Below, piece after piece: positions 37,024-50,000 of a stretch of DNA of 64,000 nt (positions are counted from its first letter, which is position 1; the number at the start of each line of letters is the position of its first letter). Made by a program: the position numbers and the translations under genes. Source of the DNA: Bilabrum cf. latius (taxonomy: Eukaryota); the NCBI GenBank assembly GCA_965178125.1, contig OZ237753.1:992001-1056000 (forward strand). The letters run 5' to 3'. Under the pieces are notes generated by a model, which saw only the letters and a list, made by a program, of their open reading frames with translations, did no database searches and was not told the origin of the DNA.

Positions 37024-40000
37024 ATGAGCGATGTTATTCAATGCAACGGGGTAGCCAAGGCGATTTCGTCAAAGATTCGTGCAGTTGCTCCGGCATGGCA
37101 ACACGGCGCACTGGACTCTTTGCGGACTCCAGGGGATTGTACAGAATTCCGTAGATGTAGCGCTTCGTTGCAACGTGATTTTGGCTTGGACTGTTCGGCT
37201 GCGTGGGCTTAGTCACGGCGAGTAATCGCGATTCGGCTGTGCTTGCACATCTAGTTGCAAAAGATTCGAAACAAGAGGCAACTAGTAGATGCACAAGAGA
37301 TGGAAAGTACACTAGCTGGTGATCATAGTTTGCTACTGGTTTTCAAAGGTATGGTCTCTTGGATTACGGCAGCTGTTGATTTCGTCGGACGCGAAGCCTC
37401 AAAGTGGCTAGACCTGGTGTGCGGCGACTTGCATCCCTGCCCCTAGAATGGCGCTCTGATGCTGATAGTAATCTTGCTGGAGCATGAAGCGATGGTGCTC
37501 GAGTCCGATGTGCAAACAGCGGCCCACGAAAGCCCCGATTCTGGGGGCTCAGCATCACGAGCAACAATTCAGAGCAGTACCGCAGACCCGATTCGAAGGG
37601 AACAGACGTGGAGGCTAGCAAGCCTCCTCGACAAAGAGTCAGGTGAGTGGACTAGTGTGTCGTGCAGCGGACCCGTGCCTCGATTACTACCGCTTGCCAG
37701 TGGTGATGGGCACGGTGCACCGGTTGGCAGCGCCGGAGGATCCTCTGCAGCTGGGAGGAAGCCGCCGCCGGTGTCGTAGCCCCAGTGGCTGAGACAGACC
37801 TCCTTCTACATGCTAGCATCTCGACTGCTGCGACTGCAATCCCCTGGCAAGATGAAGGAGCAGCTGTAGATGCCTGTCCCCGTGCACATCCCCGAGCTGC
37901 ACCTGGCAGTGGCCCTCGGGCAGGAGCGGCTGGTGGCTCTCAGGCGATTCCAGCTGTCCTGCTGGGCGAGGCACAAGGCTATTTTGCAAAGTCAAGGGAA
38001 GCCGCTACGCGCGAATAGACGAGGATTTGCGGCCTCGTACAGTCACACGCTGCACAGACTTGTGGCGCTCGATGCCAGCATCCCACTGCGGGCAGAGGTA
38101 CCAAGCTCACATTTGCTGCTGGACGCGCGGGCAGCAGAGCGGAAACGAGTCGCCGCCATGGAGAGCCAGCGGAACGATCACTGTAGGTCGTAGTCCAAAG
38201 AAACTCGCGTGTTACTTGCAGAAGGATCCTTCCTTCACACACACGGGTACTTGAGGCGCTGCGCCAGCCAAGAATCGAATCGCTCGAACGCGCCGCTGCG
38301 TGCTCTGACGGTGGACGAGGCACACGCCCGGTGGCACACGTTCGACTTGGAGCGGCATCATGACGCCAGGTACGGGAACCCATGGGACGATTCTGGCGCG
38401 AGTGTGGCCCTGCACCGCGGAGTATTGGGAGTCGAGCCTTGCTGTTGCTGCGACTCGGAGAGCTAGATCTAGCTATGCTGTAGACCAGATGGCTGCACCG
38501 CGTGGGGGTGCAATTGGAGCTGTGCAAGGCTTCCCATGTGTGCGTGCGAGTCATTTGTATCCATGGTCTTCTACTTGCTAGCCAGCACAATCATCACGTT
38601 CGGACTGGCAGCTGCCATGCTCATCGGGTCCGTGCAAGCCTGCCTACATGTGGATCTCCGGCGGCTGGCGGTGCTGCTCGATGTGCAGTCCGTGCTGGAC
38701 TTGCCCGTGGAAGCAGGGGGGACGCAGGCAAATGAGACTGCCGCAGTGGCCCAAGTCATTGAAAACTGCGGCGCGTTTGGGGGCTCTCCGCCCATTGCCA
38801 CTTCGCTCCGGAGAGCGCACGAGTTCCAGGCATGGCCCTGGGTGCTGGCTCCGTCCGTTGGAGTGCTGCTGCTCGCAGCTGCCGCACTCGGAGAGATCTT
38901 CAATTGCTGCGCCTCCTCATATCCAATGTGTGCCCACCTTTCGAGTTTATCGCCGTTTGCCGTATCCCGACAGCCCCGGTGGCTCGGCTTGCTAGCTCAC
39001 CGAGCAGGCTGGCTCATCGCGCTTGGGCCTCTGATGGCTGCTATCGCTATCATTGCAGTTTGGGTGGACGTCAGCAATGCCATCGCAGCTGATGGCAGTG
39101 CGTATGGTCAGCTCGGAGCACCAGCAGCTGGATGGGTGTTTGGACTGTGCGGCGTGTTCCAGATCTCAGTGTACCTGTGGTACCGCGCTTGGAGACCTCT
39201 CCACCAGTTGGACCAGTCCACGTGGGCTGAGGTCGGGTTGGACAAGACTACTTACGTTGACATGTGCCTGCTCTTGTTTCCGGTGCTTGTTGCGATCTTG
39301 GTGGGCACACAGAGCCCGGTCAATCCACTCGTGGCCTCGCTTCCTGTCGTTGTGCACCTTGGCTGGTACGTTTGGCTCAATCGAGAGACGTTTGTCAGGG
39401 CATACAACCTGCAGCTGCGTCTGCATGAGATTGGCTTGCTCGTAATCAGCTTGATCCTAACCATACTAGTAGTTAGCTCGCTGGCATCGGCGGATGTGGC
39501 ATCGTCGCCAGAGCAGCCGGTGTCACCTGTAGTGGTGGAGGCAGGCCGCAGCGACTTGCGACAGGCCACCTTTTTGGGAGTTGCAATTGCCTTGCTGATC
39601 TTCTATCCCCTCCCAGTGCTGGTAGAGTGCCTCCGTCAGTGCAGAATTGCAAAGGAGGACAACGAGGCAATGACCATGCTGCTCGCATCGGTGCCACCGC
39701 ATCCCAGGCCCAGCCTCTCTCGAGCTGACTTTAGGCTGGTTGAGGAGGTCTCTACCCCGGACATGGCTTGGCACCGCCTCCAGCACCGCTTGCGGCTGAC
39801 ACCATCGAGGCTGCGAGGCGCCTTGTCTCGTGCCATCGCCGACCTAAGCGTACAGGTGAGGGAACAGCAGGGCAGCGGAGCTGAGGCCGTGCGGTGGGAG
39901 CGCAGGATTGCATCCGGCTTGGAGAGCCAGGAGCGAGCAGCAGGGGCGTCTGCATTTGGGACAAATGCCAATACCAGGGGCACTTCTGGGGCCTCTACTC

Positions 40001-40611
40001 CCAGAGAGCAGGGCTTGTGTGTGGACTGCAGCGACCAACTCAAGGTGGAGAGCCGCCTGCACCTGTGGCTGCCTCTGGTTCGGTGGATTGCGAAGGGGCT
40101 CACAAGAGGGCACTTCCAGGCACAGGCAGATGAGCGCTGCCAGGCTGCTGGAGACACAGACAATCTTGATGCTGCAGACGGGTCCCTAGACGTGAATGGC
40201 GATTCACATGGGTCTGAAAAGGGTGCTAGCATGCCAGATGATGCCAGTGCCACCGCAGCGGGTGCTGCTGCGGCTGCTGCTATGGAGCCGCCGATGGGCA
40301 CTAGGACTGCGGAGGTCCAGCTCGAGCCCATTGGTATAGATATGAACAGTGACAGCAGGGTTGCAATTTGGGGTGATTGTGGTCTGCAGCAGCAAGTAAA
40401 TGCTCTGGTTTCGGAGCTCGGGGGCAAGGGGGGTGCCGCCGACACGTTTGCCGGCGGATGCGGCGTTGCAGCTGATGGAACTGGTGCCGAGACTGTGGTC
40501 CTGGACCCGCTTCCGATTCGTGGGCTTCTTGTTCCTAATCTGTCTGTCAGGGACTGGTTTCTGCAACACGCACGTTCGTGCGCTCGCGAAAGCGAGGCAA
40601 TGTCGGCTTGA
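37024..40611 (+). CDS. orphan multi-pass membrane protein (~1195 aa)
   Basis: Seven ORF fragments in one frame joined by TAGs at 37210, 37252, 37444, 37777, 37867, 38191, 38464 and 38470; TGA 40609. About 8 hydrophobic segments between 38560 and 39630. Start uncertain (ATG 37024 or 37300). Confidence 0.65.
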
Positions 40612-40680
40612 CAAAAATGAGCATGAAGATAATTAAGTGTCCAGATGCCGTAGATCACAAAACTCAAAGCTTGAGTATCA

Positions 40681-43600
40681 ATGGTGTCCCAGATGCCTAC
40701 CGTATACTCAATGTCCATCGATATGCCAGAGTTGTGCACTGATGATCCATTCGTGGCCTATGCTGCCCAAGAAAGCACCGAGTGGCATACTCTGTTGCGA
40801 CGCCAGGTGCAGCCCTGGCGAGGTGCCCTGCCTCAATCTCGGAGCAATTCTGCTACATATTCAGATTTGCATAATTTGGATATCCTTGCAAGCTGCCAAG
40901 ATCGATACTTGTAGGAAGGCTAGAAGGTGGGGCGAACCTAGGGTGCTAGAGGAGGCAGTAGGTTTGTGCCCGACCTTCTGGCTGATTCTGCGATACAGGA
41001 CCCAGACACGCTAGACTCAATGGTAGATGTTGTTGAATCGAAAGAGCATGTCATTCGCGAGGACGTGAGCCGCTCAGTGGGCGCGGAGCTTCGAGAGGTG
41101 TTTTCAAGCTCTCAAGTGGACGGCAACAGCCTGCGCTCCATCAGGGATAGCCTGCAGCAGTCTATAGGACAAATTATTTAGCGAGCATGTAATCCTATGG
41201 ATATAGTCGGCGGAAATTTAGGTGAAGCAAGCGATCCAACAGCTAGGATTGCTAGCTCCCAACGACGGCCGCAACGGCGTAGCAGACGTTTAGCACGAAT
41301 AGCCATCGCTGCGGCGACTCGGTCATTGTTGCTAGATCCGCAGGGGCCTGCTGGGATGCCGCATGTGACAGACGCCTTGCTCGCCGCAGTTGACCTGGTG
41401 CATGCTGCCAAAGCCGATCCGGGGTCCACGGGCTTCGCATGCCGGCTCATGGTCGCGAAGAACCGCGCCTCTTCGCTCCCTCGCGTGCCGAGAGCCGCAA
41501 GCGCACTGACCGACCACGCGATCACAGTAGTTTGGACGCAGGTGCTCTGCCGTCGCTTCGAGGAAGACAGGCTGCGGGGCCAACTGGCGGGAGCGGGCGC
41601 CGCCGGCTCCCTCATCGTGGCAGCCAGGGCGGGCGATCAGCCAGGGAACAAAAACCCGTGGGTGGCCCGACTCCTGCGGCACCCTTCATGGAGGGCCAGT
41701 CTGCTGCAGGCTGCCGGATTGCCCCCCAAGAACCTGTTCCTGGACGCCGTGCGCAGCGGCTGCCTGCGGGAAGCACTGCACCAGTTGCGCGCACCCGGGG
41801 AAGGGGAAGGAGACCTATGGGGTGGGCGGCTGGCCTCTGCCGTGGAGGACATGGCTGCAGTGGCCAGGACTAGCCGGACCCCACTGCCCGTGCAGGCCGC
41901 CCTTCAGCTGGCCTCCTCCCGGGCTGCAGATGCAGTGCAGGCGCACCCTGTCCTGGCTGCGGGTGCCCTCGCTGCCTCTGCTGCTGAGTTGCCGGCGTCG
42001 CTGCTGGCCGCCGCAATGCACGCAGGCCTTGCATCTCGGCTATTGTCCGTTAGCTTCAGACCAATGGGTGCGCAGCGGGCCCTCCGAGTAGCGGACGAAG
42101 CGAGCGCTGTGGCCGTGCTGCGTGGAGCTGGTTCTCTCAAGCCGCTGGTGTCCGCGTCAGATGCTGGCGCGCCCGGCGCGCAAGCAGGCGCTGCATAGGC
42201 GCAGATAGATGCAGGTTGGCCGGCAAGTGAGACAGCGGGGAGGGCAGGGGCCTAGCCGGCGCGCGGTGCCCTTGCCAGAGGCCAGGCCGCCTCGGCTGCC
42301 TCTGCGGGCGCGCGGCAGTCCCATTTTTATGGAGGGGTGGCACAGCGAGGAGCCGTCCGGCATCAGGGCTCAGAGCAGGCTGCGGCGAGTCGGCACGCGA
42401 GAGAGGCGGCGGTGTGGGCCGATCGAGTGCTGGGTGGCACCGACCATGGCACAGGCACAGGCACAGCCTCTGCTCCACCCAGCTCTGCCCTGCCACCGGC
42501 CGGCAGCGCTGCACGTGCGGCACAGGTGCCGGGTGCTCACGCGGGCGGTGCCCTGGCTTGCAGGCTCCAAGCTGCCAAGCTGAGCGCCAGTCTCCTGGCC
42601 CTCGCGGTGCAAGATGTCGGAGCTGCCGGCGGGGGCGTTGTGCTGCCTCGTGGCCTGGCCTGGTCTCTCGCATTCGCGGCGAGCTCGGCCTCGCAGGCCA
42701 TGGACGTTGGGGCCGACTATGCAGCCAAGATTGTGTCAGCCGCTCGGCGGTTTGTGAGTGGCAGTGACAGCCAGAGCGGTGGTTCCAGCAACAGTGGGGA
42801 GTCTTCGTCGTCGGGTGCCGCATGGCATGTAGGGCTGTCGGGTGCAGGCATTGCTGCGGGCATCTTGACAAACAGCCGAGGGGCTCCTGAGACCGTGACA
42901 GCTGCTGCGGCTGGGCTTGGGGCCCCTGTGGATGCAACCGCTGGTGTCAGCAAACGGGAAGATCCGCCCGTACGGCGAGAGGGCGAGGACGGACCGGGTC
43001 GCAGTGGACGACTGGCGCCTGCACCAGGCGGTATTGAGCTCGTGCTGGAAGGAGAGCACGCTCTGGCTCTGCTGCCGCCTGACAGCGGCTCGCTCCCGGT
43101 ATCAGAGCCGAAAATCCGCTCGTAGGGCAACCCTATGCTGCTTGCTGCCGCGAGACCGAGCGAGGGTTAGTAGACTGGCGCATCTGGCAGCAACACAAGC
43201 ATCAGCTCGTCGGCGTGGCTCCGAGGAGTAGTTGCCATCATGGGTGCGCTCTCCGTCGCGCGCCACCCCACTGAAGGGGCTGCTGCGGATGCTGCGTCTG
43301 TTTCGCAGCCCAAGGCAAAGGTGTTGCTGATGGCCTGCTGCAGGTGTCTTCGGCTGCACACTCTCCGCCAGGTGCTGCGTCTGGTGCTCGTGCGACCTGA
43401 GCAAGCTGGTGCGAGCGACCGCACGTTGGCCGCAACCGCGCTCAGTATCGCATCCCACGCTCCTCTGCTGCCTGGCTCTGGCGACCGCGAGTTTGCTGCT
43501 GCGGTGGAATCAACGGCAGTGGACGCTGTGGCTCGCCGGTGCCACCGCAGCCTGCGGTCTGTGCAGAGAGCGCATGAGCTGTGCCAGTCGGCACACTCTC

Positions 43601-44745
43601 TTGCAGGCCGCCCCGACGGCGCGACTACTGCACCGGCGAAAAGCAGCAGTAGTAGCAGCGGTAGCGTGTGGGCGGGCGCTGCCTCCTCCGCTGTCTCCGT
43701 GGACAAGAAGGTGGAGACCCGGGCAGAGGCAAAGGCGGAGACTGCGCTGCTGGAGAGTGCAGCCACCTCTGCTGTGGATGCGAGCGTGGTGTTTGGCCTC
43801 TTGCGGCGCCACCTAAGGGCCCGCCGAGACCAGGCGAGGGTACCTGAAAGCGTGGCGCTGGGAGCAGCGCGCGTGTGTTGCCGTGTGGCAGCCAGGGCGG
43901 CTGCAGAGCGGCCGGGTCTGGCGCTCGAGGCCCTGGCCGTGCTGGCGTAGGCAGCGTGCGCGGCGGGAGGGCCCTGGGCGAGAGAGAGCGGGGGAGCTGG
44001 GGACGCTGAGGACGGCGAGGACGAGGACGGGGCCGGGCATGCGTGGCTCGGGAGCGGGGACGATGCACGTGATGAGGCAGACTACCTGGCGCTCATGGAG
44101 AGCAGGAAAAAGAGCAGCGGCGGCGCGCGGGGCAGCGGCGAGTAGAGCACCGGTGCACTGGCTGGCGTGTCCGGGGGCGCGCTCACCGAGTTCCGCAAGT
44201 GGCTGGCAGTGCCCCTGGAGCAGCTCCTGGGCAGCCACACGCGGCACGGGGGCGGGGCCGTGCTGGGTGCAGTGAGCTGGGTGAGGGGCATGGTGCGCGC
44301 GCAGGGCATTGAGGCAGGTGTGGCCAGGGTGTTGGTGGGGGCTGTGCTGCGGGGCATCGCCCCCACACCGCACAAGCCGCCCCTCTTGCGCGCCGTGCTG
44401 GACCTCGTGGCAGACGGGGCCATGGCCAGACCCAGCCGGCTGCCTCTGGGGGACTTGCCTGCCATGAGGGTCGGCGCTGGGATGCTGGAGAGCGCTTCCA
44501 AGCAGCTGCTCAGGCTGTGCAAGCGGTAGATGCAGAAGCAGAAGGAGGCAGCGGCCGGTGCCGCGGCCCAGGCGCCCGTGGCCCCCGCCTTGCAAGGGCC
44601 GCCCAAGGCGGTCCTGCTGGCGGCGCGCAGGGCCAACAAGGCACTCGCAGACGCGCTGCACGCCCGGGGCCAAATACCGGAGCTGAGCGTGGCTGTCACG
44701 AAGGCCCAGAGCACGATTGAGGAAATTGATAAGCTGTGCAATTGA
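40681..44745 (+). CDS. orphan Ala/Leu-rich, probably helical protein (~1354 aa)
   Basis: One frame from ATG 40681 to TGA 44743 with 12 TAGs (40912, 40921, 40939, 41179, 42196, 42253, 43123, 43168, 43171, 43948, 44143, 44527) and no internal TAA/TGA. No family recognised. Confidence 0.65.
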
Positions 44746-44928
44746 GAGGAAGGTGCCAATACAGCAGACATCGCGTATGATAGTGTGACTAGTGCGACAA
44801 CGGACACCCAAATGTGCAGCTTAAATTGGGCCAAACTCCGGCATTTGTCACTGCAGACGGGTCTATGGCCTCTGTCAGTAGTGACGAACTAGATGATTCG
44901 CTTAATGACGGAATAAGTGAGCGATATC

Positions 44929-46859
44929 ATGGTTGTGAGGCTGCGTAAGGTATGCAACAAACTCCGCTGAATCCGCTTTCGCTTGTCTTGTTGCCACCGC
45001 AGGCCCATCCAAAGGACCAAATGAGTCAGAGCTTACAGACAAGGCAGCCATGGATACTTTGTAGACTGCGTCCAGCCCGGCATCGAAGGAAGATGGTTCA
45101 GACGTGAAGCTCGGGGATGAGAAACCAGCAACTAGCGTAGACAAAGGTACCACAAACGAACAGCCTGCAAATTCGAGTACCGCTCCAGAATCGACATTAA
45201 CATAGTAGCCTGTTGCTGCATCTGGCGATAAGCCAAACTAGCCATTAAGCAGTGAGGTGTCCAGTAGCTCAGGAAGTGCAGGAGCATCAGAAGCTGCTCA
45301 GCAGCGCGCAGAAGACAAGGAACCAGACGTAACAGACGACAAAGCAAGCTCTAGAGTATCATTTAATGGTGATACAGCTGCAGATGATCTCGAAGAGCAG
45401 CTGCTGGCTCGGACGGAAGAGCTCGTGGCTGCTAGAAAGGAAAATGTGAAGGTGAGCAACTGCGAAGCCAGAGAAATCAACATGCAACGGCTGGTTCATA
45501 AGGCCCGCCCCGCCGCAATTAGAGCATGGTCTCTCCAACGGCGGCCCGGGAGTATCCACAGCCAAGAGCGATCGCCTGATTCGCAACATCTACTGTTTTG
45601 CCTGCCCCCTTGGAATGATTGCATGTATGCACTTGCCCTGTTCCACGTCACTGCCCCCTTCGCAGCTATAGTCAGACTTACAGAGAGCGCGTGAGGCTGC
45701 CCAAGCTAGTGCCAAGTCTGGCGCAGGGACCGCTGCCTCTGGACCACCGGCCCCTGCTGAGCTGGACACCCTCAAGGCGGAGATGCAGGAGACGAGGAGC
45801 GCGCTCCTGGCAGCGCTTCCTCTCGGCCAGCCTAAGGACGGCTCTGCTGGTAGTGGTGCGCCTGGATCGGATGCCAAATTGCCAGAGCTGGCCCGCTTGC
45901 TGGCTTCGCATGCTTCCGCGGGTCGCACCGGGGACGCCGAGTCGCAGGTGGACCAGCTCAGGGAGGAGCTTCGGGCCTCGCGGGCCGAGGGACAGCGGCT
46001 CCACGAGGACTTGCAGGAGGCAAGGGGGGCACTGGAGGAGGCGCAGCTCGAGGTGGATCAGATGCGGGCCGACGAGCATGCCTCGGGGGCGCGCATGGCG
46101 GCCTCACAGCTGAGGTCGCTGAGGCAGCGGCACAAGCGTCTGAAGCACGACCTGGCAGGCAGCGAGGACAAGGTGGACGCTCTCACGGAGCACATCGAGA
46201 AGCTGATGATCCACCTCAAGCACGAGGCAGCGGCCAAGGCACGCGCCATGGACGCTGCCAGGAAGGCAGAGCGGGAGGCCGGCAGGCTGCGGGATCGGGG
46301 GCACGGGCTGGCGCAGTCCAACTTGGAGCGGGAGCGGGTGATCCTGGAGCTCAAGGAGGGAGCCAAGATCCTGGAGGACCAGCTCCGGCTCATGGATCAG
46401 AAGTACGTGGAGCTCAGGGGTAAGCTGGATTGGACACGAGCCCATGCCAAGAAGGAGGTAGCTCGGGCGGAGAAGCAGGTAGACCACGTGAGGAGGCAGT
46501 GGATCCAGGTGCAGGCAGCGGTGCCGCGCAAGCTGAGGCAGCAGATCGCGGACCCGCCGCCTCCCCTGAAGGAGACGCTAGCAAAGAAGGGGAAGAGGCG
46601 AAAGAAGAAGAAAGCAGGAGCGGGGTTCGACTCGAGCGGGAAGCGATCTGACAGCGAGGCGGGGGCTGGGCCAGCGGGGGCATCACCCATGCGGTCCACG
46701 GGGGGGTTCTCGTTGGGCAGCACGGAAGGGGGCAGGCTTTCTGGGATGCATACATCCAAGCGGGACCAGGACTACTCGCAGGCGATGAGCGTGCTAGATG
46801 CAGCGCCTGCGAGCAGGCCACAGAGCAGTCAGCAGAGAGGGACTGGGGCCCGGCGATGA
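44929..46859 (+). CDS. coiled-coil protein
   Basis: Clear intron 45452-45665 (GTGAG..CAG) joining RKENVK|L*SDLQRARE. Possible first intron 44945-45002 (alternative start ATG 45050). TAGs at 45062, 45203, 45206, 45239 and 45669. Conserved-looking core LTEHIEKLMIHLKHEA...LEDQLRLMDQKYVELRGKLDWTR; TGA 46857. Confidence 0.7.
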
Positions 46860-47044
46860 CCAGTGCTGTCACCTATAGGTCATTCTGGTCCCATACCAAA
46901 GAACGCTTCCGGTGGTACCCATTCCAGCGCTGCTGCCAGCAGGGTGCAGGGCTGCAACGTGCGTCCTTCAGATTCGGAGTCGCACGCCGGAATCCCCGAA
47001 GCTTGTTGACGTGCGTGTTTCGATTCATTTCCTGTAGTGCTGCG

Positions 47045-50000
47045 ATGTCCACTAGCCATGCACCTGCTCCGCCCTCGTACTTCGATTGTATAGCATTGTT
47101 TGGCTGGTGGGCTGCTGTGGAAGGCGAGCCCAGCACCGGCAAGATACTACGATCATTTCCGCGCGAGGTCGACAGGTACGTATCAGGGGCCACTACACTG
47201 TGGCGGTTTGCATTTTCTGATATTGATGATGCCGGGTCTGCTCAAGAGGCCATCGAACGAGCGGGAGCTGATGCTGAGGTTGGCACCGCCATTCTGGATG
47301 GCAGACAAGCAGATTCGTCAGGCCCGCGCCCATCAGCGTGGGTGAATACGTCTAGACGATTTATGTTTTGGAGACGTATGCGACCACCAAGTGCAGCCGC
47401 TTGTGGACGTACTGACCTGGGCAGCATGGCAGCAGTCCCCGGCACTCTCTCGCATCCAGGCAGGGGGCGACCAACTACCCTTGCCATTGCAGTTGTGTCT
47501 CGAGTGTGAGTTCTGTATGCTTCTATAGTATATTTAGTGGCATACCCACGCGCGTACTCAGCCCCAATCCCATCATTCATGCCGCGACATCACCGCAGGC
47601 CATGCCAGAGGTTTGCGAGATCAGTCCTGGGCTCCCTTGTCGTGGCGATGCACGGGGGAGCAGCATGCCTCAAGGAGGCGGCTGGCCTCGTGATGGGGTT
47701 GAGACTCCCCCAATTGTACCCTCCGAGCACCGGCACTGACTAGGACCAGGACCAGGACCACTGCGCCCTCGCCACCCGCCTGGCGTGGGCCACAGCAGGC
47801 CTTGCCCGCCCCCTACCACCAGGTGGGGATGCTGCGAAACGCAGCCCTCTCGAATCGCAGCTGGCTGCATCTCCCGCGCCCATTGGACCGTCGACAGGGC
47901 TGGCACATTGGATGCCACTGTGGAGGGGGCTCGGCGCTGCTCCGGACCCACGCGGGGATTTCTGGTGCGACGTGGATGCAGGTGCGGCGGCCGAGTTCTT
48001 CACGGGACCGGCGCTGTCGCTGCTAGTGCACGCGCTTTTGTCGGAACGCCGCGTGCTGGTGCTTGGCCTCAGCCCGTCCTCCACGGGAGACGTCGTCCTC
48101 TCGCTCATGGCCCTCCTGGCCCCGCTGCGGTGGGCGCACACCGCCGTGCCGTGGCTGCCCAAGAAATTCTGCGGGTTGCTGGCGGCGCCACAGCCGTGGT
48201 TCGTCGGCATGCACCCCGCCCAGCTGTCGGAGGTGGCCGAGTTGCACTGCGGCTCCATGGTGGTGGCCTCGTGTGTGTCGGGGAGAGTGGTGCTCTGCAA
48301 CGGAGCACAGCCCATCCCTGACGTGACCCTGCGGGCAGCTGCCCCGCCACCCGGTCAGCCGTGCTGCATGCTGCGCGGGGCGGCCGGCTGGAGGGCCCCA
48401 GCGGCCCCGCCTGCTGGCTCCAGTCGCCCATCCGCCGATGACCTGGTCTCGCTCGCGGCCCGTGGTCCTCTAGACCCGGGGCGGTTGGCGGCTCTGCGGG
48501 ATGCCAAGGCGGCAGGGCGTGCCGGTGCAGCGATGCAGGGAAGGTAGGAGGCTAGAGGCAAGGCACTGGAGCGGCGCCACCGCTGGGGGGTCCATGCCTC
48601 TGAGTGGAGGCCCCCCACGCTGCCAGGATAGGGCCAGTACACCTGGCGGGCAGTGTCCCTCGTGGAGCTGCTCGCAGGGGCCGGGTTAGAGCCTGTCAAG
48701 GGCGGCGAGCTGGCCCAGGACATCGGCACCGCTGCCTCTCCCGAGACTGCGGGGCCCTCCATGGCAATGCGAGCTGCCCTGGCATTTGGCGACCTGCGCA
48801 GAAAGTTCGGCGACACTTCGCTGGGGCAGGTGTTCAACGGGGGCGGTGCGGATAGCCGGGTCACGCTCGGGTCTGGTGCGCTTCGGGTCACCGTGCCGGT
48901 CGACGCGTGCGAGCGGTGGGGTGCGGAACTCAGCGACGCATTTTCAAGGGCCTCAAGCAGCACCTCTGAGCTTACCTTAGCTGCGGAGGGGGTGTCGCCA
49001 TCGGCTGCTGCTGGGGCCACGGATGCATCACGGCGAGCCTCAGGCCGTCTGGTCTAGGATGCAGAGGGGAAGGCAGAGGCGCCCGGCATCTCAGGGGGCG
49101 GCGATGGGGTGGTGGATGCAGACAGGCTGCGTGCCATCACAGCGGCGTTCGTGTGCTCGGTCGTCACGGGGGCGCTGGCATATGTCAGGAGCTCTGCAGC
49201 ATCGAGTAGCCGGGGCGAGAGGGCCAGCCTGGTGGACCAGGAGGCGTGGGTGAAAGCAGAAGCGGAGGCCAGGCCGGTCGTGGCGGCTGCGCTTGTTGGC
49301 GGCCCCCTGTCGCAGAGCTTGCTGCTAGGAATGGGAATGAGCGCCAGCTCGGGAGCCAAGATCCAGGGGATAGCTGCCGCGCAGGCAGTGGAGCAGCTCG
49401 TTGGGGCCATCCGGTCCACTCGGTCGGAGGCAGCGACAGGGCGCGGCAGTGAGGCCGAGGTGTAGCCGGAGCTTCTCTGCAACTTGGCGGTGGGCGGGGC
49501 ACCGCGAGGGCAGGCCCCCTTTCACCTCTTGCTGACTAGATTGCAAGGCAGCGCGGACTCATCATAGCGCTCCCTGTCGTACGGCTGGCTCGCCCGAGCG
49601 GCCCAGCAGGCCATGCGGCGGCGGCAGGACGCCACTGCTCTCAGAACCGCCAAGCTGCACGCCCTCATTCTGCAGCAGGAGTACCGGTTGCAAGTTGCTG
49701 GGGGTGTCCCGCATACGCCCACCATCGCCAAGAAGGTAGTGTGGAACGCACGGAGAGGAATTGAGTCTGCGCGAGACGTGGAGACAGCCAGGGGCATCTT
49801 GCAGTGCCTACCTGCGACGTCAGCCACGTTCCTGCAGGCAGGCATGGCCCATGCGATCGTTCCGAGGAGCGGACCACCTGTCGTCGGGCCTCTTAACGGG
49901 GCCAGAGGTGCAGGGGCGGCAGCGGTGGTGCGCATGGCGCTTCGGCGAGCCAGCGATGCCTGGCCAGGAGCCACTGTGCCGGTGGGCATCAGCCGTGCAT

